From contig CAVUUV010000004.1 of NCBI GenBank assembly GCA_963744905.1, positions 102,360 through 166,359 of the forward strand: a stretch of 64,000 bases of DNA, in the 5' to 3' direction. The DNA is from an uncultured Acidimicrobiia bacterium. Its GTDB lineage: Bacteria; Actinomycetota; Acidimicrobiia; Spongiisociales; ZC4RG35. The notes below the pieces were generated by a model. It worked only from the letters and a program-made list of their open reading frames with translations. It did not search any database and had not been told where the DNA came from. The position numbers and the translations under genes are program-made. Position 1 is the stretch's first letter. Every line of letters begins with the position of its first letter. This document shows positions 1 to 9,043 of the stretch, one piece after another.

Positions 1-168
1 CGGAGGTGGAGCGCCGGCTGCGAAGCCTGGCCGAGGAGCGCATGTCCTGACCACCACCCGCCCCACGATCGGCCTGGTGGTGCGTGACTCTAGGGGTGCG
101 TCGCCCAAATGATGGCGCGGTCTGTCCGGCCCTCGACGACACCCTCCCCCTGATTGAGCAACACACCA

Positions 169-471
169 CTAGGAGCCCGGACGGCGCCGTCCCGCACCGC
201 TGAAGATCGAGACCAGGATGATCGCCACGACGATCGAGGCGATCCAGTCCACGCCCGCGGTCTCCGGGAAGATGGCCCCGGCCAACCATCCTCCTCCGAT
301 GGCCCCCAGAATCCCTATCAGGATGGTGGCGACCACGCCCATTCCTCTGGTCCCCGGCACGAAGAGCCTGGCCAGCCCACCGATGAAAAGGCCCAACAGG
401 GCATATACCAGGATCGCCCCGAGATCGATCGTCCAGACAACCCCCTGGCCAAGCGTCAGCGGAACCGCCAT
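169..471 (-). CDS. GlsB/YeaQ/YmgE-family small membrane protein (transglycosylase-associated)
   Basis: 100 aa with three predicted TM helices. The Gly-rich motifs match the GlsB/YeaQ family by eye. Confidence 0.65.
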   Translation of the reverse strand: MAVPLTLGQGVVWTIDLGAILVYALLGLFIGGLARLFVPGTRGMGVVATILIGILGAIGGGWLAGAIFPETAGVDWIASIVVAIILVSIFSGAGRRRPGS

Positions 472-680
472 CGCGATCCTCCTGGGCGATTCGGCCTGCC
501 GGGTATCTTCCGGCGCCCGACGGGGAACTCATCCCAGGGCTGCTTCGGCGAGGCGCTGCAGCCGGCGTGGCCGCAACCGCACGGGCCCATAGGGCCCTGA
601 AATGCCATGGCGGCACACAGGTCGGAGCAGTAGTCCCCCTCGAGGGTGCGACAGCTACAGGCGGAGTTGAGACACTTCAT
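456..680 (-). CDS. Cys-rich small protein, bacterial metallothionein-like (SmtA/BmtA-type)
   Basis: The N-terminal 45 aa carry a CxC..C...YCS..C....GPCGCGHAGC pattern that resembles the SmtA zinc-finger-like metallothionein fold. The C-terminal 25 aa tail overlaps the downstream gene by 16 nt. Both the true stop and the frame are uncertain. Confidence 0.45.
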   Translation of the reverse strand: MKCLNSACSCRTLEGDYCSDLCAAMAFQGPMGPCGCGHAGCSASPKQPWDEFPVGRRKIPGRPNRPGGSRWRFR

Positions 681-788
681 GGCACTCCTTGACTTGGATG
701 TATCGCCTCACCTACACCGAAGTCGATCATTTCAAACCTCGGGAGTCGGCTAGCTCAGCGCTTCCACCTACTGTGGGTTGTCAGGCCC

Positions 789-1166
789 ATGCCCACCGCC
801 GTCACCGCAACAGGACCAGCCCTCACCACGCCGCCCGGCCCGTCGGTGGTGGACGGACTGTCCTGGATCGGAATCGTGCTGGCCGGCCTCCTCTTGATAC
901 ACACCCTCGCTGTGTGGGCAGAGAAACGAGGGTGGATCTACTACCGGCGCAGCGGCGGTGGGGCAGGACGAGCTCTTTCCAATGCGATGTCCACCTTCGA
1001 TGCCATGGTCAACCCAGCCTCCGAGCATCTCTACGAGGAGCAGAAATCGGAGCAAATCCGGGGCCAGGTTGACGAGTCGGGCCATCTGATCCTCGACTCG
1101 GGCCACGAGTTCGTGCTCGAGCGAGAGCCAACTGGTCCGGAAGACCACCTCAACGGCCACGAGTAG
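789..1166 (+). CDS. DUF6191-like small membrane protein (hypothetical)
   Basis: One TM helix is followed by a WAEKRGW..RR motif and an acidic tail, as is typical of actinobacterial DUF6191 proteins. The start codon is uncertain; an internal GTG near 848 is possible. Confidence 0.4.
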   Translation: MPTAVTATGPALTTPPGPSVVDGLSWIGIVLAGLLLIHTLAVWAEKRGWIYYRRSGGGAGRALSNAMSTFDAMVNPASEHLYEEQKSEQIRGQVDESGHLILDSGHEFVLEREPTGPEDHLNGHE

Positions 1167-1300
1167 GGCCACGGTCGGCTGAGGTCGCTCGCCACCTCCT
1201 GGCGCGCTTACGTCGCCGTATAGCCTGCGTGCCCTCGAACGGGTGGAACCCCCCATCTCTCCCGCCCGTCTGTTCCGGCTCACGTATGCTCGGAGGGCCG

Positions 1301-2800
1301 ATGACCCAGACCGCCACCAACCAGACCCTGACCGGCGACGACTATCTGGAGTCGCTCCGGGATGGGCGTTCGGTGTGGATAGATGGGGAGCCAGTGGAGG
1401 ACGTCACCACCCATCCCGCCTTTCGCAACGCGGCCCGCTCCATTGCCAACCTCTACGACGCCCTCCACGACCCCGACCTGGCCGAGACGATGCTGGCCAC
1501 CGACCGCCACGGCATCGTCACCCACCCGTTCTTCATGCCCTCCTACACGTCGGACGATTTGCTGGCTGCCCGGGAGGCGATGGCGGTGTGGGCCCGACTC
1601 ACCTACGGCTACATGGGTCGCACCCCCGACTACAAGGCCTCCTTCATGGCCACACTTGGAGCAGACCCGGACTGGTACGCCCCGTTCGGGGACAGTGCTC
1701 GCCACTGGTACCGCCGCTACGCCACCCGGGCCCTATATCTGAACCACGTCCTCATCAACCCGCCCATCGACCGGGCCAAAGCAGTCCACGAGGTGGAAGA
1801 CGTCTTCGTCCACGTGGTTGAGGAACGAGACAACGGGATGGTGGTGGAGGGCGCCAAGATGCTCGCCACCGGATCGTCCCTGACCCATGCCACCTTCGTG
1901 GCCCAGAACAGCGCCGTTCATCTCGAGGCCGGAAAGGCAGAGGACTACGCCCTGGCATTCATCGTCCCCATGGCCGCTCCGGGGATGAAGCTGATCAGCC
2001 GCGCCTCGTACGAGGCTCCGGTCGGCTCACCCTGGGACTACCCGCTCTCGAGCCGCTTCGACGAGAACGACGCCGTGGCAGTGTTCGACCATGTCTTCGT
2101 GCCCTGGGAAGACGTGTTGGTATACCGGGACGTCGAGAAGGCGACCGGTTTCTACGCCCAGTCCGGGTTCATGCCTCGCTACACCCTCCAGTCGGGTACC
2201 AGGCTGGCGGTCAAGTTGGGCTTTCTGGCCGGGCTCCTGGCCCGGGGACTGCAAGCCAACGGAACCGACGGGTTCAGGGGGGTGAAGGCCAAGCTGGGTG
2301 AGCTGATCGGGTGGCGAAACCTGATCTGGGCCGTGACCACCAGCCTGTGTTACGACACCCAGGGAGGCCCCGGCGGCAGCCTCGTCCCGGCCCTGGAGAA
2401 CGCCACCCTGATCCGCCTGTTCGGCACCCAGGCCTTCCCCCGTGCCCGGGAGATCTTTACCGAGTTGTTGGGCGGCGCTCCCCTGGTGGCTCCGTCCTCG
2501 AATAGGGATCTCTTGTCTGAGGAGCTACGACCCCTGATCGACCGCTACTACCGCGGATCGACCGGCGACGCCCACGACCGGATCAAGCTGTTCAAGCTGA
2601 TCTGGGACGCGGTAGGGAGCGAGTTCGGCTCCCGTCATGCCTGGTACGAGTTCAACTACAGCGGCAATCAGGATCAGATGCGTCTCGACGTGCTGCGGTT
2701 CTCCCAGATACGCGGCCTTGCCGACGACTTCGACGACATGGTCGAATCGTGCCTGTCCGACTACGACCTGGACGGCTGGAGCGACGACCGCTGGGTGTAG
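1301..2800 (+). CDS. HpaB-family two-component flavin-dependent monooxygenase, oxygenase component (4-hydroxyphenylacetate 3-monooxygenase-like)
   Basis: 499 aa starting at the ATG at 1301, preceded by a GGAGGG RBS. The full-length protein resembles the HpaB/4-hydroxybutyryl-CoA dehydratase fold family. No flavin reductase partner is adjacent. Confidence 0.8.
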   Translation: MTQTATNQTLTGDDYLESLRDGRSVWIDGEPVEDVTTHPAFRNAARSIANLYDALHDPDLAETMLATDRHGIVTHPFFMPSYTSDDLLAAREAMAVWARLTYGYMGRTPDYKASFMATLGADPDWYAPFGDSARHWYRRYATRALYLNHVLINPPIDRAKAVHEVEDVFVHVVEERDNGMVVEGAKMLATGSSLTHATFVAQNSAVHLEAGKAEDYALAFIVPMAAPGMKLISRASYEAPVGSPWDYPLSSRFDENDAVAVFDHVFVPWEDVLVYRDVEKATGFYAQSGFMPRYTLQSGTRLAVKLGFLAGLLARGLQANGTDGFRGVKAKLGELIGWRNLIWAVTTSLCYDTQGGPGGSLVPALENATLIRLFGTQAFPRAREIFTELLGGAPLVAPSSNRDLLSEELRPLIDRYYRGSTGDAHDRIKLFKLIWDAVGSEFGSRHAWYEFNYSGNQDQMRLDVLRFSQIRGLADDFDDMVESCLSDYDLDGWSDDRWV

Positions 2801-2899
2801 GGCGCTCGGTCGAGTCGACTTCGGGGCCGGCGACAGATCTGGACGGCCCGGGGTCTCCACTGCCTCTACCCTTCACGTCAGCCTGGCCCGACCGAAGGA

Positions 2900-3421
2900 G
2901 TGCCAGTGGGTGCGGCACAGTTCAGAGACGAGGAAGCGCTGTTTCTCTATCGCGTCGGCGGGGTGGCGGTGGATCGGGGCCGAGTGCTGTTGCACCGAAG
3001 CGAGTTCGATGATTTCTGGTCCATTCCGGGAGGACGCGTCGGCGTCGGCGAGACGTCGGCCGATGCCCTGGCCCGCGAGATGCGCGAAGAGACCGGGGCC
3101 GAGGTGCGGGTGGGACGGTTGCTGTGGGTGGTGGAGAACTTCTTCCGCTCCACCCCCCTCGACGGACCGCCCACGGTCTCGCAGCGCATAGACCACCATG
3201 AGCTGGGCGTGTACCTGCAATTACAGTTTCCGGTCCAATTGACCGCAACCGACGCCTTCTTCGGGACCGAGCTGACCGGCACACCGAACGAGTTCACCCT
3301 TGAGTTTCGCTGGTTCCCGCAGTCGAAAGTCGATCAGATCGATCTCCGCCCTCGCCCGCTGCGACAGGCCCTGAGCGGCCCCCTCCCCAGCGGGGCCACA
3401 CGGCTGGTCAACCGCAGCTGA
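2900..3421 (+). CDS. NUDIX hydrolase
   Basis: The Nudix box GGRVGVGETSADALAREMREETGAEV (GX5EX7REUXEEXGU) is present. Confidence 0.8.
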   Translation: MPVGAAQFRDEEALFLYRVGGVAVDRGRVLLHRSEFDDFWSIPGGRVGVGETSADALAREMREETGAEVRVGRLLWVVENFFRSTPLDGPPTVSQRIDHHELGVYLQLQFPVQLTATDAFFGTELTGTPNEFTLEFRWFPQSKVDQIDLRPRPLRQALSGPLPSGATRLVNRS

Positions 3422-3461
3422 CATCTGGGAACCGCATTCGCCTCGACAGCGTCGGAGCGCC

Positions 3462-4013
3462 GTGGATAACGAGAGTTCTCTCGCTCGGCGCCGGCGCTTC
3501 GAAGCCTTGGCGGCCGAGGTGTACGAGCCGATCCAGCGCTACGTCCGACGTCGGGTCGACGACCATGCCGCCGATGACGTGGTGTCGGAAACCCTGCTCA
3601 CGCTATGGCGCCGCCTGGATGACGTCCCGGCTCATGCCCACCTCCCCTGGGCTTACGGCGTGGCCCGGCGTCACATCGCCAATCACCGTCGCAGCACCGC
3701 CCGCCGGCTCCGCCTCGTGCACAGAGCCCAGGCCGAACCACCCCCGGCCCAATCCGCCGACACCCCACTGGACCCGGAACTCGACGTGGCTCTCGCCGCC
3801 CTGGCTGAATCCGACCGAGAGCTGCTCAGGCTGTGGGCGTGGGAGCAACTGGGGCCCGCCGAGATCGCCCCGGTGCTCGGGCTCAGCCCCAACGCCGTTT
3901 CCATACGTCTCCATCGGGCCAAGAAGAAGCTGGCCGAGAATCTCGAACAGGCACGAAAGATCCAGGCGCCCTCCGGACACTCAGACCGTGGAAGCAGAAA
4001 GGAGGAACGTTGA
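3462..4013 (+). CDS. RNA polymerase ECF-type sigma-70 factor
   Basis: Sigma70 regions 2 and 4 are recognisable (…ETLLTLWRRL… and …LGLSPNAVSIRLHRAKKKL…). Its stop overlaps the next start in a TGATG arrangement. Confidence 0.85.
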   Translation: MDNESSLARRRRFEALAAEVYEPIQRYVRRRVDDHAADDVVSETLLTLWRRLDDVPAHAHLPWAYGVARRHIANHRRSTARRLRLVHRAQAEPPPAQSADTPLDPELDVALAALAESDRELLRLWAWEQLGPAEIAPVLGLSPNAVSIRLHRAKKKLAENLEQARKIQAPSGHSDRGSRKEER

Positions 4014-4594
4014 TGACCGACGACGAGCTGAGAAACCGGCTGGCGGCGTCGAACCCGGTTCCTCCTTCCCATGCGGTCGACCCGATCACCTCGGATCGGG
4101 CCCGAGCACAACTGGAGGAAATCATGTCAACGGCAACCACACAACCTCGCACCAGGCCACGGCGGATGCGTCTCACTCTGGCAGTGGCGGCCGCCCTGGT
4201 CGTGGTGGTGGGAGGGGCCACCCTCTACACAGGGTTGGGGACCTCGCAACCCCCGATGGTCCTCACCGCCGACGGAGGTGATGCCATGGCCTCGTGCATC
4301 CGCTTCGATCCCGCCATCCTGGCCGACATGTCACCCGCCTTCGCCGGCACCGTGACCGAAATGACCGACTCCACGGTCACCCTGGAAGTGGACCACTGGT
4401 ACACGGGCGGTGACACCGGAACCGTAGAGATCCGATACACGCCCGGATTCGAAGCCTTGATCGGAACCCCGAGCTTCGATGTCGGTCAGCGCTACCTGAT
4501 CACCGCCACCGACGGAGTGGTCAACGGCTGCGGCTACAGCGGCCCTGCCACCGCCGACCTGGAAGCCGCCTTCAACCAGGCCTTCGGCGGCTGA
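4013..4594 (+). CDS. Putative membrane-anchored anti-sigma factor / hypothetical
   Basis: This ORF is translationally coupled to the ECF sigma gene. A short cytoplasmic N-terminus is followed by one TM helix (LTLAVAAALVVVVGGATLY) and then an extracytoplasmic domain. Confidence 0.55.
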   Translation: MTDDELRNRLAASNPVPPSHAVDPITSDRARAQLEEIMSTATTQPRTRPRRMRLTLAVAAALVVVVGGATLYTGLGTSQPPMVLTADGGDAMASCIRFDPAILADMSPAFAGTVTEMTDSTVTLEVDHWYTGGDTGTVEIRYTPGFEALIGTPSFDVGQRYLITATDGVVNGCGYSGPATADLEAAFNQAFGG

Positions 4595-4675
4595 TCCCCC
4601 CACCCCGGCTCCGGGGAGCTCCCCGGGGCCGGGACGTACGCTCTGGCCGACCGGCAGGGGAGTACGATCCGGCCG

Positions 4676-5263
4676 ATGGGCGGCCAGTTCCACCTCGACG
4701 CCGACACGTACCTGGGCATGATCCGCTCGGAGGTCCAGGGCTACGACGAGCTCCAGGCCCTGGTGGCCAGAGCCACCGCAGACGTGCCCGCCCGGATGAT
4801 CCTCGACCTGGGCACCGGCACGGGTGAGACTGCCCTTGCCACCCTGAAGCTGCATCCCGATGCCGACCTGATCGGAATCGACGCCAGCGAGGAGATGCTG
4901 GCCGTCGCTCGCCAGCGGCTCCCTTCGGCCCAACTGATTGTCTCCCGGATCGAAGATCCTCTCCCGGTAGGCCCTTTCGACGTCGTGATGTCCGCCTTTG
5001 CCGTCCATCATCTCGACGGGCCCGGAAAGGCGGACCTGTTCCGACGCATCTCCGATGTGCTGTCCCCAGGAGGCCGATTCGTCATGCTCGATGTCGTGAT
5101 CCCCGCCCAGCCCGTAGCCTCGCCGATCCGACTCGAGGAGGGCGTCGACATGCCCAGCACCGTGGACGAGATGCTCGGGTGGCTGAGAGAAGGGGGGCTG
5201 AAACCCGAGGTCGTCTACTCGGCGGGCGATCTGGCCGTTCTGGCTGCCGAGCCCGCTGCCTGA
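4676..5263 (+). CDS. Class I SAM-dependent methyltransferase
   Basis: SAM-binding motif I (ILDLGTGTGE) is followed by the post-I acidic residue in DLIGIDAS. Confidence 0.8.
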   Translation: MGGQFHLDADTYLGMIRSEVQGYDELQALVARATADVPARMILDLGTGTGETALATLKLHPDADLIGIDASEEMLAVARQRLPSAQLIVSRIEDPLPVGPFDVVMSAFAVHHLDGPGKADLFRRISDVLSPGGRFVMLDVVIPAQPVASPIRLEEGVDMPSTVDEMLGWLREGGLKPEVVYSAGDLAVLAAEPAA

Positions 5264-5372
5264 TGGTGAGCGGGCGGCACGGGCCCGACCATTTACCCTG
5301 GCCGACCAGCGCCGCCACCACCGCCACCAAGAGCGCGGCGCTCTCCGCTATCCCCCGCCTCCGCCCTCCCCG

Positions 5373-6577
5373 CTAGTGCGACTGTTCTAGGAAATCCAGC
5401 AGGGTTTGCTCGTATCGCCCCGGGTCCACGTTCCAACTGGTGACATGGCCTGCCCCCTCGACCTCGACCAACCGAACCCATCCCGGTGCCTGGGTCGCCA
5501 AGCGACGCGATACCTCAACCGGGACCCGATCATCGTCCAGACCATGGAACACCAGAGTTGGCACCTGGATTGTCTGCGCGGCCCGGTCCACGTAGTCGAT
5601 CTCGGACCAGGACACGTCCCAACGTAGGTCTGACAGCCACATCGCCACAGCCGTCAAAGAAGCCGGGACAGCGATCGACGTGCCGGGCAGCGTCCTTTTG
5701 GTGGCAGCGAAGCGGACCGTCTCTCCCATATCGACATTGGGCGAATCGAACACGACTGCAGACACACGATCAGCGAGGGGCGAATTCTGGAGAAAGGCGA
5801 GGTCGAGGGCGGCACCGGTGCTGTATCCGACGAGAACCAACTGTTGTGCGCCATGGTCTATGGCGTACTGAACCGCTCCTTCCACATCGGCCCATTCCGA
5901 TCGGCCGAAGCGATAGATGCCGCTCGGGTCGGCGGGTTCGTCGGGATCGTTGCGGTAGTCGATGACGAGCGACGTAATCCCCGCCCGGGCATAGGTCGGA
6001 AGGCTTCGCAGAGCTTCCCGCCGGGAGGCGCGCCAGCCGTGGACGTGGACTGCCCAGACCGTCCCCTCACCCGAGCCGATCTTCCATGCGGCCATGTCGC
6101 CCAGGGGTGACTCATAGGAAACGTCCTGATAGTCCAGCCCCACGGAGGACGGATCGCCCGGGTATGTCCACCCCTCAACGTCTACCGCCTCGCATTGGTC
6201 GAGCGACCCGGGACAGCGCGCGGGTAGATCACCCGAGAGGAGCTGGAAATCCCGGGTCACCTCCAGACCCGAGGTGGCAGTTATTGGGCCGAGGAGCCCG
6301 TATCCCGCCTCCCAGTAGAGACCGGCCACGCCGGGACGAAGCGTGTCCCGGCGCTCTTCCTCCGAGGTCAAGACGATGTTTCGCTCGACACCGAGCGGAC
6401 GTAGACGCCGTAGTCGTGACCGGGTGCCTCGGGGGTGAGGGCATCGCTATAAATCATGTTCGAGAAGACGATCCCGCCCGCGGCATAGAACAAGATCACC
6501 AGGCCGGCCAGGCTGCCCACCAGGATCTTGAGCCACCGGGGAACCGTTCTGCGGCGTGGGCGATCTCCGTTTGTCAT
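5373..6577 (-). CDS. Alpha/beta hydrolase with N-terminal TM anchor (apparent frameshift near 6370)
   Basis: The 332 aa ORF 5373–6371 is an alpha/beta-fold hydrolase. The 69 aa ORF 6368–6577 lies in a different frame and encodes the N-terminal signal-anchor plus linker expected for this family. The two ORFs abut. Confidence 0.7.
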
Positions 6578-7062
6578 TCAAGGATCATCCCGCTTCGGCG
6601 CGGAGCCGTCCATGGGGAACACCCCCTATAGATGTGTACAACCAGGGGCGGCCTCTCAGGAACCCGACTTCGGCATCGGGGCCATCCCGCCTGTCCGTTC
6701 TAGTAGGACGGCCGCAGTTTGATGGGCTTCTTCGGACTGCCCGACCAACATGATCAGGCCGCTATCGCATCAGGTCGTCCCCCAACACCACCCGCTCATC
6801 GTCGGCCGAGGGCAATGGGTGGCGATGAAGGGTGAAGGAGATACCCTGTTCAGGCTACCGGCCCCGCCCGCCACAGAGCCGGATGATCCTCCAGGGGTTG
6901 CCGTTCGACAGACGCCATCGCCGCGACGAGGACCGGGACTCCTGTGCCGCTTTGCCCCTTCCCTGGCCCGCCCGGCGCCTAGAGCGGCCCGGAGAAATAT
7001 CGGGCGGGCGCGAAAGGAGTCCTCTCCTCTCGGACACTCAGCACCCGAAAGGAGACACACAC

Positions 7063-7659
7063 ATGACCGACACCACCGTCCATCCTCAGCCGACCCGCAC
7101 CGGGCCCAGAGGAACCCGCATCGCCGTGATCGCCGTGATCGCCGTCTTGGCCCTCGGCACCGGTATGGCGACGCTGATCGGATTCGGCGTCCTCACCCTG
7201 GTTCCGGTAGCGACCGTCGAGCAACCCGACCACAGCCCAGCCCCCATCCCGATGCCGGCCCTGCCCGACGGGGAGATGTTCGCCTGGATCACCGGCGTCG
7301 GCGACCTCATGGTCACGGTTGATCCGGCCCAGATGCTGAGCGGAGAGCCGGCTCACGACGCCGCCGTGGAAGACGGGATCATCGCCCCGGGCGAGGATCT
7401 GCCCAACGACTACTACATCGTCAACCCCTCCAGGCAAGCCATGGACGTAGCCGTGGCAGCCAACGCCGCAGTCACGGTCTACGCCCTGGACTCCCGGGGG
7501 GCCATCGCCGAGGCGAGGATCTCCCTCCTCGATCTGGCCGCCGCCTTCGCCGGCGATCAGAGGATTCCCGTCTACGGGCTCGACCCGAGTGCCTTCCCCG
7601 TCACTTTGACCGTCGAGGGCGGGGCAGTGACTGCCATATCACAGGTGTACCTGCCCTGA
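7063..7659 (+). CDS. Hypothetical secreted/membrane-anchored protein
   Basis: An ATG at 7063 follows an AAAGGAGA RBS. An N-terminal TM/signal-anchor segment (IAVIAVIAVLALGTGMATLIGFGVL) is present. I see no recognisable domain. Confidence 0.5.
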   Translation: MTDTTVHPQPTRTGPRGTRIAVIAVIAVLALGTGMATLIGFGVLTLVPVATVEQPDHSPAPIPMPALPDGEMFAWITGVGDLMVTVDPAQMLSGEPAHDAAVEDGIIAPGEDLPNDYYIVNPSRQAMDVAVAANAAVTVYALDSRGAIAEARISLLDLAAAFAGDQRIPVYGLDPSAFPVTLTVEGGAVTAISQVYLP

Positions 7660-7664
7660 TCTCG

Positions 7665-7692
7665 GAGGGCCCGCGACCTTTCGCGGGCCCTC
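7665..7692 (+). terminator. Perfect 12-bp stem / 4-nt loop hairpin downstream of the 7063–7659 gene
   Basis: GAGGGCCCGCGA-cctt-TCGCGGGCCCTC lies 6 nt after the stop codon. It is GC-rich and has no U-tract, which is common in high-GC genomes. Confidence 0.5.
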
Positions 7693-7693
7693 A

Positions 7694-7750
7694 ATACTCC
7701 GCGTCGTAATTACGGAGCGGGGTACTTAGTACTCCGCGTCGCAATTACGG
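7694..7750. repeat. Repeat family B, copy 1 (CGTAATTACGGAGCGGGGTACTTAG core plus a partial tandem duplicate)
   Basis: The sequence contains the 10-bp palindrome CGTAATTACG. It matches the copies at 7858–7894 and 27820–27854 on the reverse strand. Confidence 0.55.
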
Positions 7751-7856
7751 TCGCATGTTTCGGCCAGTCGGCGGCGTCGATGGCAAGGACGCAGTCCGCA
7801 GGCGCACCCGCAGCGGTGCGTCAAGGACGAGGACACAGCAAGCGGCGTAGCCGGCC

Positions 7857-7895
7857 GCTGAAACGTCAGCGTAATTACGGGGCGGGGTACTTAGG
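7857..7895. repeat. Repeat family B, copy 2 (GAAACGTCAGCGTAATTACGGGGCGGGGTACTTAG)
   Basis: It matches 32 of 35 positions of the reverse complement of 27820–27854. Confidence 0.55.
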
Positions 7896-8075
7896 AGCGC
7901 CCGTCGCCACTGAAGCCGAAGTCTCTCGCAGGGTCCTGCCTGCCCTTTCCTCGGTATCATCTTCTTCAGGTCGCAACCTGACGTCCAGGGGTCGATCGCC
8001 GCAGAAGCGGGCGCTGCTTCATAGCAATTCGACCGCCAGAGTCGAGGCGCCCATCTATCGAGATCGGAGGTTCTG

Positions 8076-8954
8076 GTGAGGTGGAGCAGACGCCCCCGAA
8101 GCGACGACCTGATCGACCGGCGGGGGTCATCCCAAGTACCGGGCCGAACGGGAGGCATCCCGATTCCGCTGGGGATGTTGGGCAAGATGGGCGTGCCGGG
8201 CTTGCTGATCCTGGTGGTGATCTTGGCTTTCGCCTACTGCGGCGGGACCGGCATCGACCCTGGCGTTGGCTCCCTGGAGCGTCCGACCGACCAGGCGGCA
8301 GCCGACCCCCTGGATCCGAGCCTGGATCCTGATGCCGACCTGGTCGATTTCATGTCCTTCGTTCTCGACGATGTTCAGAACGAGTGGGCCGACCTGTTTC
8401 GAATCTCGGGGCTCACCTACGAACGGGCCAAACTCGTCGTGTTCGACGGATTCACGCAATCTGCGTGCGGAGGAGCCAACGACGTAATCGGACCTCACTA
8501 CTGCCCTGTCGATCAGCGTGTCTATCTGGATCTGACGTTCTTCCGGGACCTCTCGGATAGGTTCGGAGCCAAGGGCGACTACGCCCAGGCCTATGTCCTG
8601 GCCCACGAGATCGGCCACCACGTGCAGAACCTGCTGGGAACCATGGATCGGGTCCAGAACTCCTCGGGAGACCCCAACGACCTCTCTGTCCGGCTCGAGC
8701 TTCAGGCTGATTGTTTCGCGGGAGTGTGGGGCTACTCGACATTCCAGCGTGACCTGCTGGAGTCGGGTGACCTGCAGGAGGCACTCACCGCCGCAGCCGC
8801 CGTAGGCGACGACCAGATCCAGAGGGAGACCACGGGCCGCGTGAACCCCGAGACGTGGACCCATGGCTCGTCGGCCCAGAGGATGAAGTGGTTCGAACGC
8901 GGCTTCGAGGATGGAGACCCTTCCGCCTGCGACACCTTCTCGGGTGGAATCTGA
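8076..8954 (+). CDS. ypfJ: YpfJ-family putative neutral zinc metallopeptidase
   Basis: An N-terminal TM helix and an HEIGHH zinc-binding motif are present, and the overall match to the KPN_02809/YpfJ family (Zn_peptidase_2) is good. Confidence 0.8.
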   Translation: MRWSRRPRSDDLIDRRGSSQVPGRTGGIPIPLGMLGKMGVPGLLILVVILAFAYCGGTGIDPGVGSLERPTDQAAADPLDPSLDPDADLVDFMSFVLDDVQNEWADLFRISGLTYERAKLVVFDGFTQSACGGANDVIGPHYCPVDQRVYLDLTFFRDLSDRFGAKGDYAQAYVLAHEIGHHVQNLLGTMDRVQNSSGDPNDLSVRLELQADCFAGVWGYSTFQRDLLESGDLQEALTAAAAVGDDQIQRETTGRVNPETWTHGSSAQRMKWFERGFEDGDPSACDTFSGGI

Positions 8955-9043
8955 CCTCACGGTTCTCCTCCCGGGCTCGGGAGTCGGTTCTTGCCCGGAC
9001 CCGCCCCGAAGCTGGGGAGCCGAGGGCTGTGGTAGCGGGTCTT

